From Candidatus Hermodarchaeum yapensis (GTDB taxonomy: Archaea; Asgardarchaeota; Hermodarchaeia; Hermodarchaeales; Hermodarchaeaceae), in contig JAEOSK010000043.1 in assembly GCA_016840405.1 (NCBI GenBank), forward strand, positions 1-18,950: DNA of 18,950 nt. The letters are read 5' to 3'. Made by a program: the position numbers and the translations under genes. The notes below the pieces were generated by a model that saw only the letters and a program-made list of their open reading frames with translations, was not told the origin of the DNA and did not search any database. Positions 6,671 through 15,641 of this stretch are shown here, one piece after another (position 1 is the stretch's first letter; each line of letters starts with the position of its first letter).

Positions 6671-8497
6671 TCATCGAACTGTTAGGGTTTTACTGATATT
6701 CCGGGGATAATCTGGGTCAATGTTCTTGTATGTTGCAAGGTGGTAGGCGATGAGTTGGAGTGGGATTACCTGGAGTATTGGGCTTAGGTATTGACTTGAC
6801 TTGGGTACTACAAGGAAGTCTTCTTCTCTCACATATCGTCTTAGTAATGGATGGTCATCGCCAGTAGCAATGATGCGAGCACCACGGCACTCAACTTCGG
6901 CTAAGTGGTTAACGATATGTTCAGCATCATCAGGTGCTATTGTGAAAATGATGGGATATCCGTTTTCGACGATACTTAATGGACCATGTTTGAATTCGCT
7001 AGAATACATGCCATCAGCAACGATATAGCAGACTTCTTTGATTTTCAACGCGCCTTCTAAGGCTACACCATGGGTTAATCCATGCCCAAGGACGTAAAAG
7101 TGAGAGAATTTGGAGAGATAGGGAGCGAGGGTTCGTGCTTTTAGGGTCGTGGTGGAGATGGTTTCCTCAATTAGTGCTGGGAGGCGTGTTTGTAGGTCAT
7201 TGATTAGAGCATCTGCTGCCTTTGGTTTAATGGCCTCTGATTTTTGCCCAGCCAATGTCGCAAGAAAAGCGAAAAGTGTAACTTGGCTTGTGTAGGTTTT
7301 TGTTGCTGGGACGCTAATTTCAAAACCGGAACCCATGGGGAGGTAAAGGTCACTTAGATGCGTGAGCGTCGATCCGAGAACATTTACTATACTTAATATT
7401 TTGACATTTTTCTTTTTACAGAGGTGGACAACATCGATGACATCTTTGGTTTCGCCACTTTGACTTACACAAATCACCACATCGCCATTCCCCACAGAGT
7501 CTCCGTAAAGAGAATTAAATTGTCCACCGATGACCGGGATTGCTGCAATATTAGCCAAGTCGTTGAAATAATAACTCCCAACTACTGTTGCATGATAGCT
7601 GGAACCACAGGCAACGAAAAAGACACGTTTTGCATCGATTAGGGCGTCAATGAATTGAGTGATATATGGTTCCCGGATGGCGCTGAAGAGTGTTCGCGTG
7701 GTACTGACTTGTTCATGAATTTCTTTAAGCATGAAATGAGGATATCCACCTTTTTGGGCTACTCGGATATCTGCATCTGATGTGTAAGGGTTCCGTTCAA
7801 TAGGATGACCATCACTTATTCGCCTTATTTCGACTTTTTCGGGTGAGAGGATTACCAGTTCTCCGTCGTGTATATTTAGAATCTGACGGGTTACGGGTAA
7901 TATACTGGGAAGGTCACTGCTAACACACGTCTCACCTTCACCAATTCCCACAAACAGGCTGGAGCCCATTTTGACAGCATACACTTTGTTGTCATCTTTG
8001 TGCATTGCAGCAAAGGCGTAATCGCCCTTAAGGTCACCACAGCCCTTCCGGATGGCTTCCACCATGTCGCCAAGTTGATCATAATATTTCTCGACGGCAT
8101 GGACGCAGATTTCACCATCATTCATACTTCGAACGGTATGTCCTTCCTTGGTGTATTGTTCTCGTAGGGGAAGAAAATTCACGATATTGCCATTATGGGC
8201 CGCACACAGATCCTCATCGCAATCGAGATGGGGTTGGGCATTCAGTTTGCTTGGAGCTCCAAAAGTTGCCCAACGAAGTTGTGCTATGCCTTTGGATCCT
8301 CGCATTTCATTTAGGCGAAGTTTGACAGCGACTTCATCAAATTTACCCTTGTCTTTTCGAAGGTGAATTCGGTCTTGGGAGACTGTGGCAACACCCACAG
8401 TGTCGTAGCCACGGTAGGTGAGTTTTTCGGCACATTCGACGAGTATTTTGCCGATGTCATTTCGTCGATTGCTTGTGATTGCGAAGATGCCGCACAC
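6671..8497 (-). CDS. glmS: Glutamine:fructose-6-phosphate amidotransferase (GlmS) family, divergent
   Basis: N-terminal MCGI (Ntn Cys), YRGYD, RWAT, HNGNIVN, HFMLKEIHEQ, ACGSS, SQSGET, EGALKIKE, EFKHGP, PRNISKTLTV; 608 aa GATase + 2xSIS architecture; GTG start. Confidence 0.9.
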   Translation of the reverse strand: MCGIFAITSNRRNDIGKILVECAEKLTYRGYDTVGVATVSQDRIHLRKDKGKFDEVAVKLRLNEMRGSKGIAQLRWATFGAPSKLNAQPHLDCDEDLCAAHNGNIVNFLPLREQYTKEGHTVRSMNDGEICVHAVEKYYDQLGDMVEAIRKGCGDLKGDYAFAAMHKDDNKVYAVKMGSSLFVGIGEGETCVSSDLPSILPVTRQILNIHDGELVILSPEKVEIRRISDGHPIERNPYTSDADIRVAQKGGYPHFMLKEIHEQVSTTRTLFSAIREPYITQFIDALIDAKRVFFVACGSSYHATVVGSYYFNDLANIAAIPVIGGQFNSLYGDSVGNGDVVICVSQSGETKDVIDVVHLCKKKNVKILSIVNVLGSTLTHLSDLYLPMGSGFEISVPATKTYTSQVTLFAFLATLAGQKSEAIKPKAADALINDLQTRLPALIEETISTTTLKARTLAPYLSKFSHFYVLGHGLTHGVALEGALKIKEVCYIVADGMYSSEFKHGPLSIVENGYPIIFTIAPDDAEHIVNHLAEVECRGARIIATGDDHPLLRRYVREEDFLVVPKSSQYLSPILQVIPLQLIAYHLATYKNIDPDYPRNISKTLTVR

Positions 8498-8569
8498 AGG
8501 TAGTCGCTCCTTTTAGCAGGTTTCACACGGTGGAGGCTTTTAACTGTGTTTCTGTATTTCAGCACATAG

Positions 8570-9832
8570 TCATTTTTGGAGGTCAAGTGCTGCCTGCAGT
8601 TGGGCTAAATCAGGATCAATTACGGGTGGTGCCGATATCCGTTCAATAACGATGTCTTGGTCCTTCAATCCGCCGCCAGTCGCCTCAATGAGAATAGTTT
8701 CTGACGGGTCTTGAGCTCCAGATTCTAGTTGATCGATTAAGCCTGCAAGACCGGTAACTCCGGTGGGTTCCGCGAAGATACCCTCGTATTTAGCGAGTAG
8801 GTCCTGAGCTTTGAGAATTGACTCATCGGACACAGCTATTGCTGTGCCTTTTGATTCGCGAACAGCAGTTAGGGCAAGGTCTCCGTCCCATGGAAAAGGG
8901 TCGCAGAGTCCTTCTGCAACGCTTTTTGGAGATTCGCAGGGTGTAATCTTGAAGGGATCTTGATTGGTTTCAAAGGCTCTGACAAGTGGTGGACAACCTG
9001 TAGCTTGAACAGCAAGCATGCGGGGGCGCTGTTTCACTAGGTCGAGAGTCAAGAAATCTGTAAAACCACGCCATTGTCCACCTAGCAGGCCTCCTGCGCC
9101 AACTTGGACGTAAGCAACATCGGGAACGGTCCAATCTAGCTGCTGGATAATTTCATAAGCGAGGGTCTTTGGTCCTTCGGCTTGATAGGGATTAAAGGGT
9201 CCAAAACTGGGACAGGGTGTCCAACCGTATGTGGCACACGCTTCTCGGAGAAGTTTAACAGTAGGATCATCTCCTTTATGCAGACCACGTAACCGTACTA
9301 CTTTGGCGCCATATAGAATGAGTTGGGCGATTTTGCCCATTGGGGCGATATCTGGGACAAAACAAAAACAGGTAAACCCAGCGCGTGCACAATAAGCTGC
9401 TAATGCAGCGGCGGCATTACCACTGCTTGCAGAGGCTAATGTATCTGTACCTTGTTCTTTTGCTTTTGAAACGCCAACTGTCATTGGTCGGTCTTTAAAC
9501 GACCAAGTTGGATTCCGCGTTTCGTCTTTAATATACAGTTCGCGAACGCCCAAGACTTTTGCTAGCCTTTCACTTCGAAGAAGAGGCGTCCCTCCTTCTC
9601 CCAAACTGACAATGTTTTTGCGATTGGAAACGGGAAGTAATTCGAAATAGCTCCATACACTCAATGGTCGTTTTGATAGTATCTTTTTAGAGAGAACTTC
9701 TTGGAGGTTAGAATAGTTGTAAAACACATCAATTCGGGCATTACAGTTGGGAGTTGTGCAAAGTAGCGGATATTTGGATAAATCATATTCTGTATTACAC
9801 TTTGAGCATTTGAGATGAGAGACATAAGCCAT
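8570..9832 (-). CDS. thrC: Threonine synthase-like PLP enzyme (fold type II) with N-terminal Zn-ribbon
   Basis: CxxC...CxxxxC N-terminus, SLGEGGTPL, KDETRNPTWSFKDR (PLP lysine), ASSGN, EGIFAEP, TGGGLKD. The family call is firm; true ThrC activity is doubtful (see findings). Confidence 0.8.
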   Translation of the reverse strand: MAYVSHLKCSKCNTEYDLSKYPLLCTTPNCNARIDVFYNYSNLQEVLSKKILSKRPLSVWSYFELLPVSNRKNIVSLGEGGTPLLRSERLAKVLGVRELYIKDETRNPTWSFKDRPMTVGVSKAKEQGTDTLASASSGNAAAALAAYCARAGFTCFCFVPDIAPMGKIAQLILYGAKVVRLRGLHKGDDPTVKLLREACATYGWTPCPSFGPFNPYQAEGPKTLAYEIIQQLDWTVPDVAYVQVGAGGLLGGQWRGFTDFLTLDLVKQRPRMLAVQATGCPPLVRAFETNQDPFKITPCESPKSVAEGLCDPFPWDGDLALTAVRESKGTAIAVSDESILKAQDLLAKYEGIFAEPTGVTGLAGLIDQLESGAQDPSETILIEATGGGLKDQDIVIERISAPPVIDPDLAQLQAALDLQK

Positions 9833-10548
9833 TATTGAGGAGCCTCCTGTTGGATATGATGTTGTAAAGTGGCAAGCCCCTTGTCAATTATTGTATACCG
9901 TTTGGCTTGTCCCATTAAGTATTCGTACAGGGTTATGTAATCGGAATGGCTGCGAAGGGTTGTTTTGGTATCCAAATCGTCAATTGGTGATAAAGCCTGT
10001 TGTTTAACTGCTTTCCGAAGGGCTAGAGCCACTCGGTAGCCATCTTCACGGCGAATTTGAGATTGTTGTTTCGCCGAAAGCGTTTGACGTAACTCGCTAA
10101 GTCGAGAACTAATAGAAGAAGAATCTTCTATGAGGGCAAGAGAGGCTGTGAAAAGAAAAATACTACCAAAGAGTTCCTTTTCCCACCAATGCAAGGGCGT
10201 TTGTGTTGCGATAAGTTCTAAGGCAGTATTTAGACTGCCCTGGCTCGCCTCAAGCTTTTGCAACATAAAGAAGAGATCACTCGCTTCTAAGAGAAGGCCC
10301 GCAGCCCGGGTTGGTTGGTGTTTACGCCAAAAAAATTCACCTGCGACAAGCACAACAATCAGGGCGTTTTGAAATTTATTTTGTGCTCTGAGCTCATCGG
10401 CTTCTTGTAGATACTGACCTAATTTGACCTTGGCTATTTCAGGACTAGGTGATGTCATTAATCCTGTAAGACGGAGTTCTGATTCAGAGAACACCTTCTC
10501 TTGTTGAGCATTAATCGCTTGATACAGATCACGCCACTGGCTTTTCAG
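9832..10548 (-). CDS. Hypothetical all-alpha-helical protein, possibly TPR-like
   Basis: 220 aa ORF from GTG 10494, extendable in frame to CTG 10548 behind a GAGGTG SD. Its TAA overlaps the thrC-like ATG (TAATG), implying translational coupling. Ala/Leu-rich amphipathic helices. Confidence 0.7.
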   Translation of the reverse strand: MKSQWRDLYQAINAQQEKVFSESELRLTGLMTSPSPEIAKVKLGQYLQEADELRAQNKFQNALIVVLVAGEFFWRKHQPTRAAGLLLEASDLFFMLQKLEASQGSLNTALELIATQTPLHWWEKELFGSIFLFTASLALIEDSSSISSRLSELRQTLSAKQQSQIRREDGYRVALALRKAVKQQALSPIDDLDTKTTLRSHSDYITLYEYLMGQAKRYTIIDKGLATLQHHIQQEAPQ

Positions 10549-10553
10549 ACTAG

Positions 10554-10559
10554 CACCTC
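10554..10559 (-). promoter_or_regulatory. Shine-Dalgarno-like GAGGTG upstream of a candidate CTG start
   Basis: The minus strand reads TGAGGTGctagtCTG; the same hexamer precedes the 3706 gene. Confidence 0.5.
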
Positions 10560-10710
10560 ATCATGGTTATCGCATTTGTTGCCTGAAGGTTTGTGCTTAA
10601 AAAGGTAAAAACATTCGGTGACCTCTAATTCTGCAAGATTTTTGATATTTGGTGGGTCTAGTTAGCAAAGTTTTTGTTCGTCAAATCTTTGTGTCAGTTG
10701 GTGGCACTAG

Positions 10711-13700
10711 GTGGTTTCCAAGCGGTCTGTATTTGCAGCCATATCCCTAGTCATCATTTTATTGCTGATTCTTAGTTTTTTTTGGCCACTCCTTTTCCAG
10801 CCACTTATCCCTCGTCAAGAACCCTATGACGACATCCGTGACTGGGGAACCGGAGTTATAGTCGAAGGAGGAGATGACACCTTCTTGGATAACATCACAA
10901 TGGATGACGTCACTTTGGATTTAAACTGGACCCTCGATCCCTCCTTGACTGTCGCCGTTGTTTCACCTGGTGATCCACCCCGATATTGGCGAACCACGGC
11001 ATATGATCGATACATCGGAACAGATTGGGAGAAAAGTAATAGCACAACTGAGTTGCTCCCAACGGTTGATCCTGGTATTGAAACCGTTTACCACATTACC
11101 CAGAACATTTCTGTTCAGGGAGTCGCTGGATCCTTTCCTTTGTTGGCTCTTTGGCCAGATCCGATGATTATTACTGACTCTATTCTGTGTCCTACTCTTC
11201 CCTACCCGACTTCGTATGATATTGCCACAGATGAATATGGCACTGCCATTTTGAATGGTCGATTCAGTGCGACTGGTTCAACCACTCTGGAGTACGATGT
11301 TACCTTTACTCCGCTCAATTGGTCTACTGATATTCGACCCGACGCTCGGTCAGCCAGTTTTACTCCAGCTGACATAAGAGCAGATTATCAGCAACAAGGT
11401 CTTAGTTATCTTAGCCCACCCACGATTAGCGATGTTCAAACACGACTAAGTACAATTCTAGCTGGAGTCCCTGACAACGCCTTTGAAGAAGCATTTGCCA
11501 TCCTCAACTATTTCAAGACAACATTTGCCTTTGACTTCTTAACACCCCGACCTGGACTCAGTGATGAGCATGTAGAATGGTTTCTGAGTCAAGGTTCAGG
11601 TATTGGCGTTGACTTTGCCACAGCTTACACCATGTTTCTTCGTCAAAGTGGAATTGCGGCGCGACCTGTCTTTGGAGCAGTGCTGGGTGAAGACCAGGGA
11701 TTTCAGAGAGTGTTGCATCTGATGCATCTTCACTTTTGGGTTGAAGTGTACATTCCCGTTGTGGGTGGAGGAGGCTATTGGGTGCAATTTGATCCAACGC
11801 CTCTACCTGATTTTATCACTGATGGAAGCCCACCTACGACTCCAGGTGTCAACAAAGCACCTCCTCCTGTTATTCCGGATGGGGATCCTTATGTTATCAG
11901 CACCTCATATGACCTCTCAGTGGTCGTTACACCACCTGTAGTTGACCGATTTGTGACAGTTCAAATCTCTGCAACGCTAACTCAAGATGGAAACCCAGCA
12001 CCGGGGGAAACTCTTGACTTCTATGATGAAACGGAGCTATTCTTTCTAGGAAGTAACGTGACCACCGCAACAGGTGAAGCGAGTATTAGCTTTCAGTATA
12101 GTAATGGTGCAATCATTGGATTTCACATTCTACGCGTTTCATTTCAATCTCTAAGCGAGTATGGAGGAGTAGGTCTTCATGGGGCTGCAAACCTGAATCT
12201 TACCGTGACTCCTCTGGAAGTGAATCGCACGATGATTGTACGTTTCAATGGTACCCTAAGTGATGCTGTAAATGGTCGTGGGATATCTTCCTCTGAAACT
12301 GTACTGACAGGGGTCAATATATTTCTAGGATCTACGATAGTGTCACAGCCTCTCACCGATGCGTCTGGGTACTATTCTGTTGATTATGCTATCCCCATGT
12401 CTCAGGCACCACTTGGTGTCACAAGCGTTCATGCAGAATTTGAAATCGTCGGCGTTATTAATTTTGTAATTAGTAATTGGGAGAATCTGAATATCACTGC
12501 TACCTCACAACTTTCGGTTCAGGCTCTACCCAACTCAATCCGTTTGAATAGTTCCACGATTTTACGTGGGAGATTACAGTTTGAAAACGGAACAGGAATT
12601 CCAGGGCAAACTATCCAACTCTATTGGAATGGTACACCTATTGGTTCGAATATTACGGATAGCACAGGGTATTACTATTTTAACTATACACCTCCTGCTG
12701 TCGGTCCTGTTGTAATTAGAGCGCAATTCAGTGGAGCGCCGTTGATTTATAGTTCCAGCGGGTTAAACACGGCTCGTGTGCATCAGGAAGGCACGATAAT
12801 TGTTTATGTGGACGACGATGATGGTGATGGTGTCACCCAAAGAGAAAACTGGGTGTATTTCTCAGGTTGGGTAGAATATCAAAATGGTACACGTGTAGAA
12901 GCGGGAGTACCGGTGATCATTTTTCTTAATCAAACTGCCATTGTTGGTCCGTCCACAAACGCGAGTGGCGGTTTTTCGTGGAGCTATCAGCTGATAGATA
13001 CATTACCAGTTGGCATAATTGAGGTGTCAGCTAACATCACTCATCCGACACTACGCGTTGTGAGTAGTCTTGATTACTTTATAATTAATTCGACAACCCA
13101 GCTCCAAAATCTCCAGTTTGATTTTGACCCTGTGATGCTGGGTGAAACGGTAACTCTTACTGGTCAGATTATTGATGATCAAGGGACTGGACTTTCAGGT
13201 CAAAGTCTAGATATTAGCCTTTCATACCTGTCGACGACTATACCCATTGGATCAGCACTTACTCAGCCAGGTGGAACTTTTTCTGTAATCTATCAGATTC
13301 CGCTTACCGTTCCAACTAGTGTTTCAACCGTAACTTTTGATGTGACCTACTCCGGAACCATGTACTATGGAGCTAGTATCGATTCAGAGCTCTTGGATGT
13401 GTTTTCAAATGCTTCCCTTCTGATTGAGGTTCCCGTGGGTCCTTTTGCTTGGAATGAGAGTATTTCGTTGAATGGAACGCTCGTTGACAACTTTGGGCGG
13501 GCGCTTCCTAACCGAGATGCACAGGTGTTTGTGAATGGAACCAGTACTTTTGCAAGCAGTACAAATCAATTAGGACAGGTCGCGTTCGTGCTTCGCTTCA
13601 CCCCATCGGGAGAAAATGATGTTTTTTATGCTCTCCAGCTTCGACACGAAACGATAATTACCCTCAATTCGTCTGTTAGAATAATAACCGTGGAGGCCCA

Positions 13701-14229
13701 AGATATCATGCAACCCCCACCACCCTTACTAATTCCACCAGAGTGGATTGCAGCTATAATCGTAGTTGTTGTCATCATCGTAATAGTGATTCTCGTCTAC
13801 CGATACTGGAAACGCCGTCCTCGACAACCTGCGGCACCATCTATTGATGCTTCAGCGATGTTGACAGCACTTCGCCAACTACTTTCTCAACAAAAATATC
13901 GTGAAGCCATAATCTATGCCTTTCGAATGTATGAGACAATAATTCAAGCCAAGCTTGGAATTTTCCGAGATCCAAGTATTACTGTCCGGGAGTTTGCTAA
14001 CCTAACAGTTGCGCATGGACGCCTGGATACACGAACGATGGAAGTCTTCATTCGGGGTGTAGAAGAGGCGCGATACAGTGACCACCCCATAAGTTACAAT
14101 ACAGCCCTTTCATCACTGAACGCTTTTGCTAGTTTGTATAATTCCTTAACCGGAGGCAATTTGCGGTTTGTCACGCAGGAACAACAACAGCCAGAATCAG
14201 CAGAGCCCGAGCGGACCGAAACCGGCTGA
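10711..14229 (+). CDS. Large membrane-anchored transglutaminase-like (TgpA-type) protein with Ig-like repeats and C-terminal DUF4129-like domain
   Basis: N-terminal hydrophobic segment; RYWRTTAYDRY.G.DW; TGase core (DFATAYTMFLRQSGIAARPVFG, HFWVEVY, WVQFDPTP); about 6 beta-rich repeats; TM WIAAIIVVVVIIVIVILVY followed by RYWKRR; REAIIYAF...SITVREF...EEARYS (DUF4129-like). Confidence 0.88.
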   Translation: MVSKRSVFAAISLVIILLLILSFFWPLLFQPLIPRQEPYDDIRDWGTGVIVEGGDDTFLDNITMDDVTLDLNWTLDPSLTVAVVSPGDPPRYWRTTAYDRYIGTDWEKSNSTTELLPTVDPGIETVYHITQNISVQGVAGSFPLLALWPDPMIITDSILCPTLPYPTSYDIATDEYGTAILNGRFSATGSTTLEYDVTFTPLNWSTDIRPDARSASFTPADIRADYQQQGLSYLSPPTISDVQTRLSTILAGVPDNAFEEAFAILNYFKTTFAFDFLTPRPGLSDEHVEWFLSQGSGIGVDFATAYTMFLRQSGIAARPVFGAVLGEDQGFQRVLHLMHLHFWVEVYIPVVGGGGYWVQFDPTPLPDFITDGSPPTTPGVNKAPPPVIPDGDPYVISTSYDLSVVVTPPVVDRFVTVQISATLTQDGNPAPGETLDFYDETELFFLGSNVTTATGEASISFQYSNGAIIGFHILRVSFQSLSEYGGVGLHGAANLNLTVTPLEVNRTMIVRFNGTLSDAVNGRGISSSETVLTGVNIFLGSTIVSQPLTDASGYYSVDYAIPMSQAPLGVTSVHAEFEIVGVINFVISNWENLNITATSQLSVQALPNSIRLNSSTILRGRLQFENGTGIPGQTIQLYWNGTPIGSNITDSTGYYYFNYTPPAVGPVVIRAQFSGAPLIYSSSGLNTARVHQEGTIIVYVDDDDGDGVTQRENWVYFSGWVEYQNGTRVEAGVPVIIFLNQTAIVGPSTNASGGFSWSYQLIDTLPVGIIEVSANITHPTLRVVSSLDYFIINSTTQLQNLQFDFDPVMLGETVTLTGQIIDDQGTGLSGQSLDISLSYLSTTIPIGSALTQPGGTFSVIYQIPLTVPTSVSTVTFDVTYSGTMYYGASIDSELLDVFSNASLLIEVPVGPFAWNESISLNGTLVDNFGRALPNRDAQVFVNGTSTFASSTNQLGQVAFVLRFTPSGENDVFYALQLRHETIITLNSSVRIITVEAQDIMQPPPPLLIPPEWIAAIIVVVVIIVIVILVYRYWKRRPRQPAAPSIDASAMLTALRQLLSQQKYREAIIYAFRMYETIIQAKLGIFRDPSITVREFANLTVAHGRLDTRTMEVFIRGVEEARYSDHPISYNTALSSLNAFASLYNSLTGGNLRFVTQEQQQPESAEPERTETG
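11908..13698 (+). repeat. About six degenerate Ig-like (Big-type) protein repeats of roughly 95-105 aa
   Basis: Recurring pattern (G/A)xLxD..GxG(I/L)xGxx(I/V)x(I/L)...T(D/N)xxGxF/Y, e.g. TTATGEAS, TDASGYYS, TDSTGYYY, TNASGGFS, TQPGGTFS, TNQLGQVA. Visible at protein level only. Confidence 0.7.
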
Positions 14230-15634
14230 GGCGAAAAAACGAAGTAAATTCATCACGCTCTTTATATTTTGCTTCGTGTTCGCCATAGCCTGGCTACCAA
14301 TTATTCTGAGTGTTATGCGGGTAGGTGAAATCGATACACTTCCATTCTCGATTTATAACACAAGTAGTAATCCAGGAGATGGATGTTCTGAACTAGCAGC
14401 CACACTCAACACTGCGGGATACAACGTTAGTCCGTTGATCAGTTCGTTAAGTGTAATCAATGGTATCCCACAAAATTCCGTGCTGTGCCTTATTGGTTCT
14501 ACACATCTCTTCTCATTTGTTGATAGTTCTGCCTTACTGGGCTTCTTCTTAGAAGGCGGAAGTATGTTAATTGCGGATGATTTTGGCTCTGGCAATTCAA
14601 TCCTTGATAGTTTAGCACTCATACTCCAAGGATCTGGATGGCCTACAGAAATGTTTGGGCCCATGCCGATTTCTGCCATTCGTTTTGATAACGGACTTCT
14701 TCTTGACGCAGATAACAACGAGAATGGTAAACCCTTAATGCCAGTCATCACCACGCTCAATGATGGTGGAGCCATATTTTCTTCATCACATCGGGTGGTG
14801 ATGAATTTCGCCACTGGGCTAAAAGGGATTAATCAAAGTCAAGCAATTGCGGTTTCATCGGCTAACTCATGGATTGTCGCTGAAGATGTGTACAGCCTTA
14901 TTCAGCAGGGTTTAGACCCAAGTATCATTGCGTATAATGCATCACGTGGAGACCAACCCGGACCATTCCCACTTTTGGCCGAAATTCAAATAGGTAACCC
15001 AGGCGGTCGACTAATGCTCCTTAGCGATCCCAGCATATTCATCAATGACATGATTGATCGTGGAACAAACCGAGCATTTGCTCGAGAACTATTCGCATAT
15101 CTAGCCCAACAAGCAAATGCTGACACGATTGTCATTGATCATAATCATCTTGGATGGTCTCCAATGGCCCCAGTTTTATACGTTGGTCTGATGTTGGGCC
15201 AAATTACCTATGTTTCCTCAAACTGGTTGTTAGCACCCTTAGCACCCCTTCTAGCGATTTGGATGGTGAGGCGATATCTGCCCTATTCTCGACCTGAAAA
15301 ACGAAAACCCATGGAGATTTACCGGCTACGAGGGCAAACCCAGTTTACTAAGACGTTACATGATTACATAAACAATCAACGCTACGACGAAGCCTTACAA
15401 GTAATCTATGGGCGGCTCAAACGCGATTTACGTCGGCGGTATGGGTTGCGCATTTTTGATGTCTCAAGGCTTTTGGTGAGCGTTTCACGAACTCGTCAAC
15501 CTGGGGATATCGCACAGTTGACGGAAGATTTTGAAGCTATCGAAAAAGCAGTCCATGAAGCTCGTCGAATTAATCGCGAGCAATTTCTAGACCTCTTTTT
15601 TAAAATTGAACGAATTCGAGAAAATATTGGGTGA
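14168..15634 (+). CDS. DUF4350-like membrane protein of MoxR operons
   Basis: N-terminal TM, FSIYN...[42 protein letters not shown], a second TM and a helical cytoplasmic tail. TTG start has GGAGG at 14152-14156 and overlaps the upstream gene by 62 nt; start is uncertain. Confidence 0.8.
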   Translation: MSRRNNNSQNQQSPSGPKPAEAKKRSKFITLFIFCFVFAIAWLPIILSVMRVGEIDTLPFSIYNTSSNPGDGCSELAATLNTAGYNVSPLISSLSVINGIPQNSVLCLIGSTHLFSFVDSSALLGFFLEGGSMLIADDFGSGNSILDSLALILQGSGWPTEMFGPMPISAIRFDNGLLLDADNNENGKPLMPVITTLNDGGAIFSSSHRVVMNFATGLKGINQSQAIAVSSANSWIVAEDVYSLIQQGLDPSIIAYNASRGDQPGPFPLLAEIQIGNPGGRLMLLSDPSIFINDMIDRGTNRAFARELFAYLAQQANADTIVIDHNHLGWSPMAPVLYVGLMLGQITYVSSNWLLAPLAPLLAIWMVRRYLPYSRPEKRKPMEIYRLRGQTQFTKTLHDYINNQRYDEALQVIYGRLKRDLRRRYGLRIFDVSRLLVSVSRTRQPGDIAQLTEDFEAIEKAVHEARRINREQFLDLFFKIERIRENIG

Positions 15635-15641
15635 TTTAATA

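Noticed and set aside
14353-14814. 153-aa antisense ORF, and similar 60-130 aa nested ORFs elsewhere
   Set aside because: Fully nested in well-supported genes, with no motifs; expected shadow ORFs.
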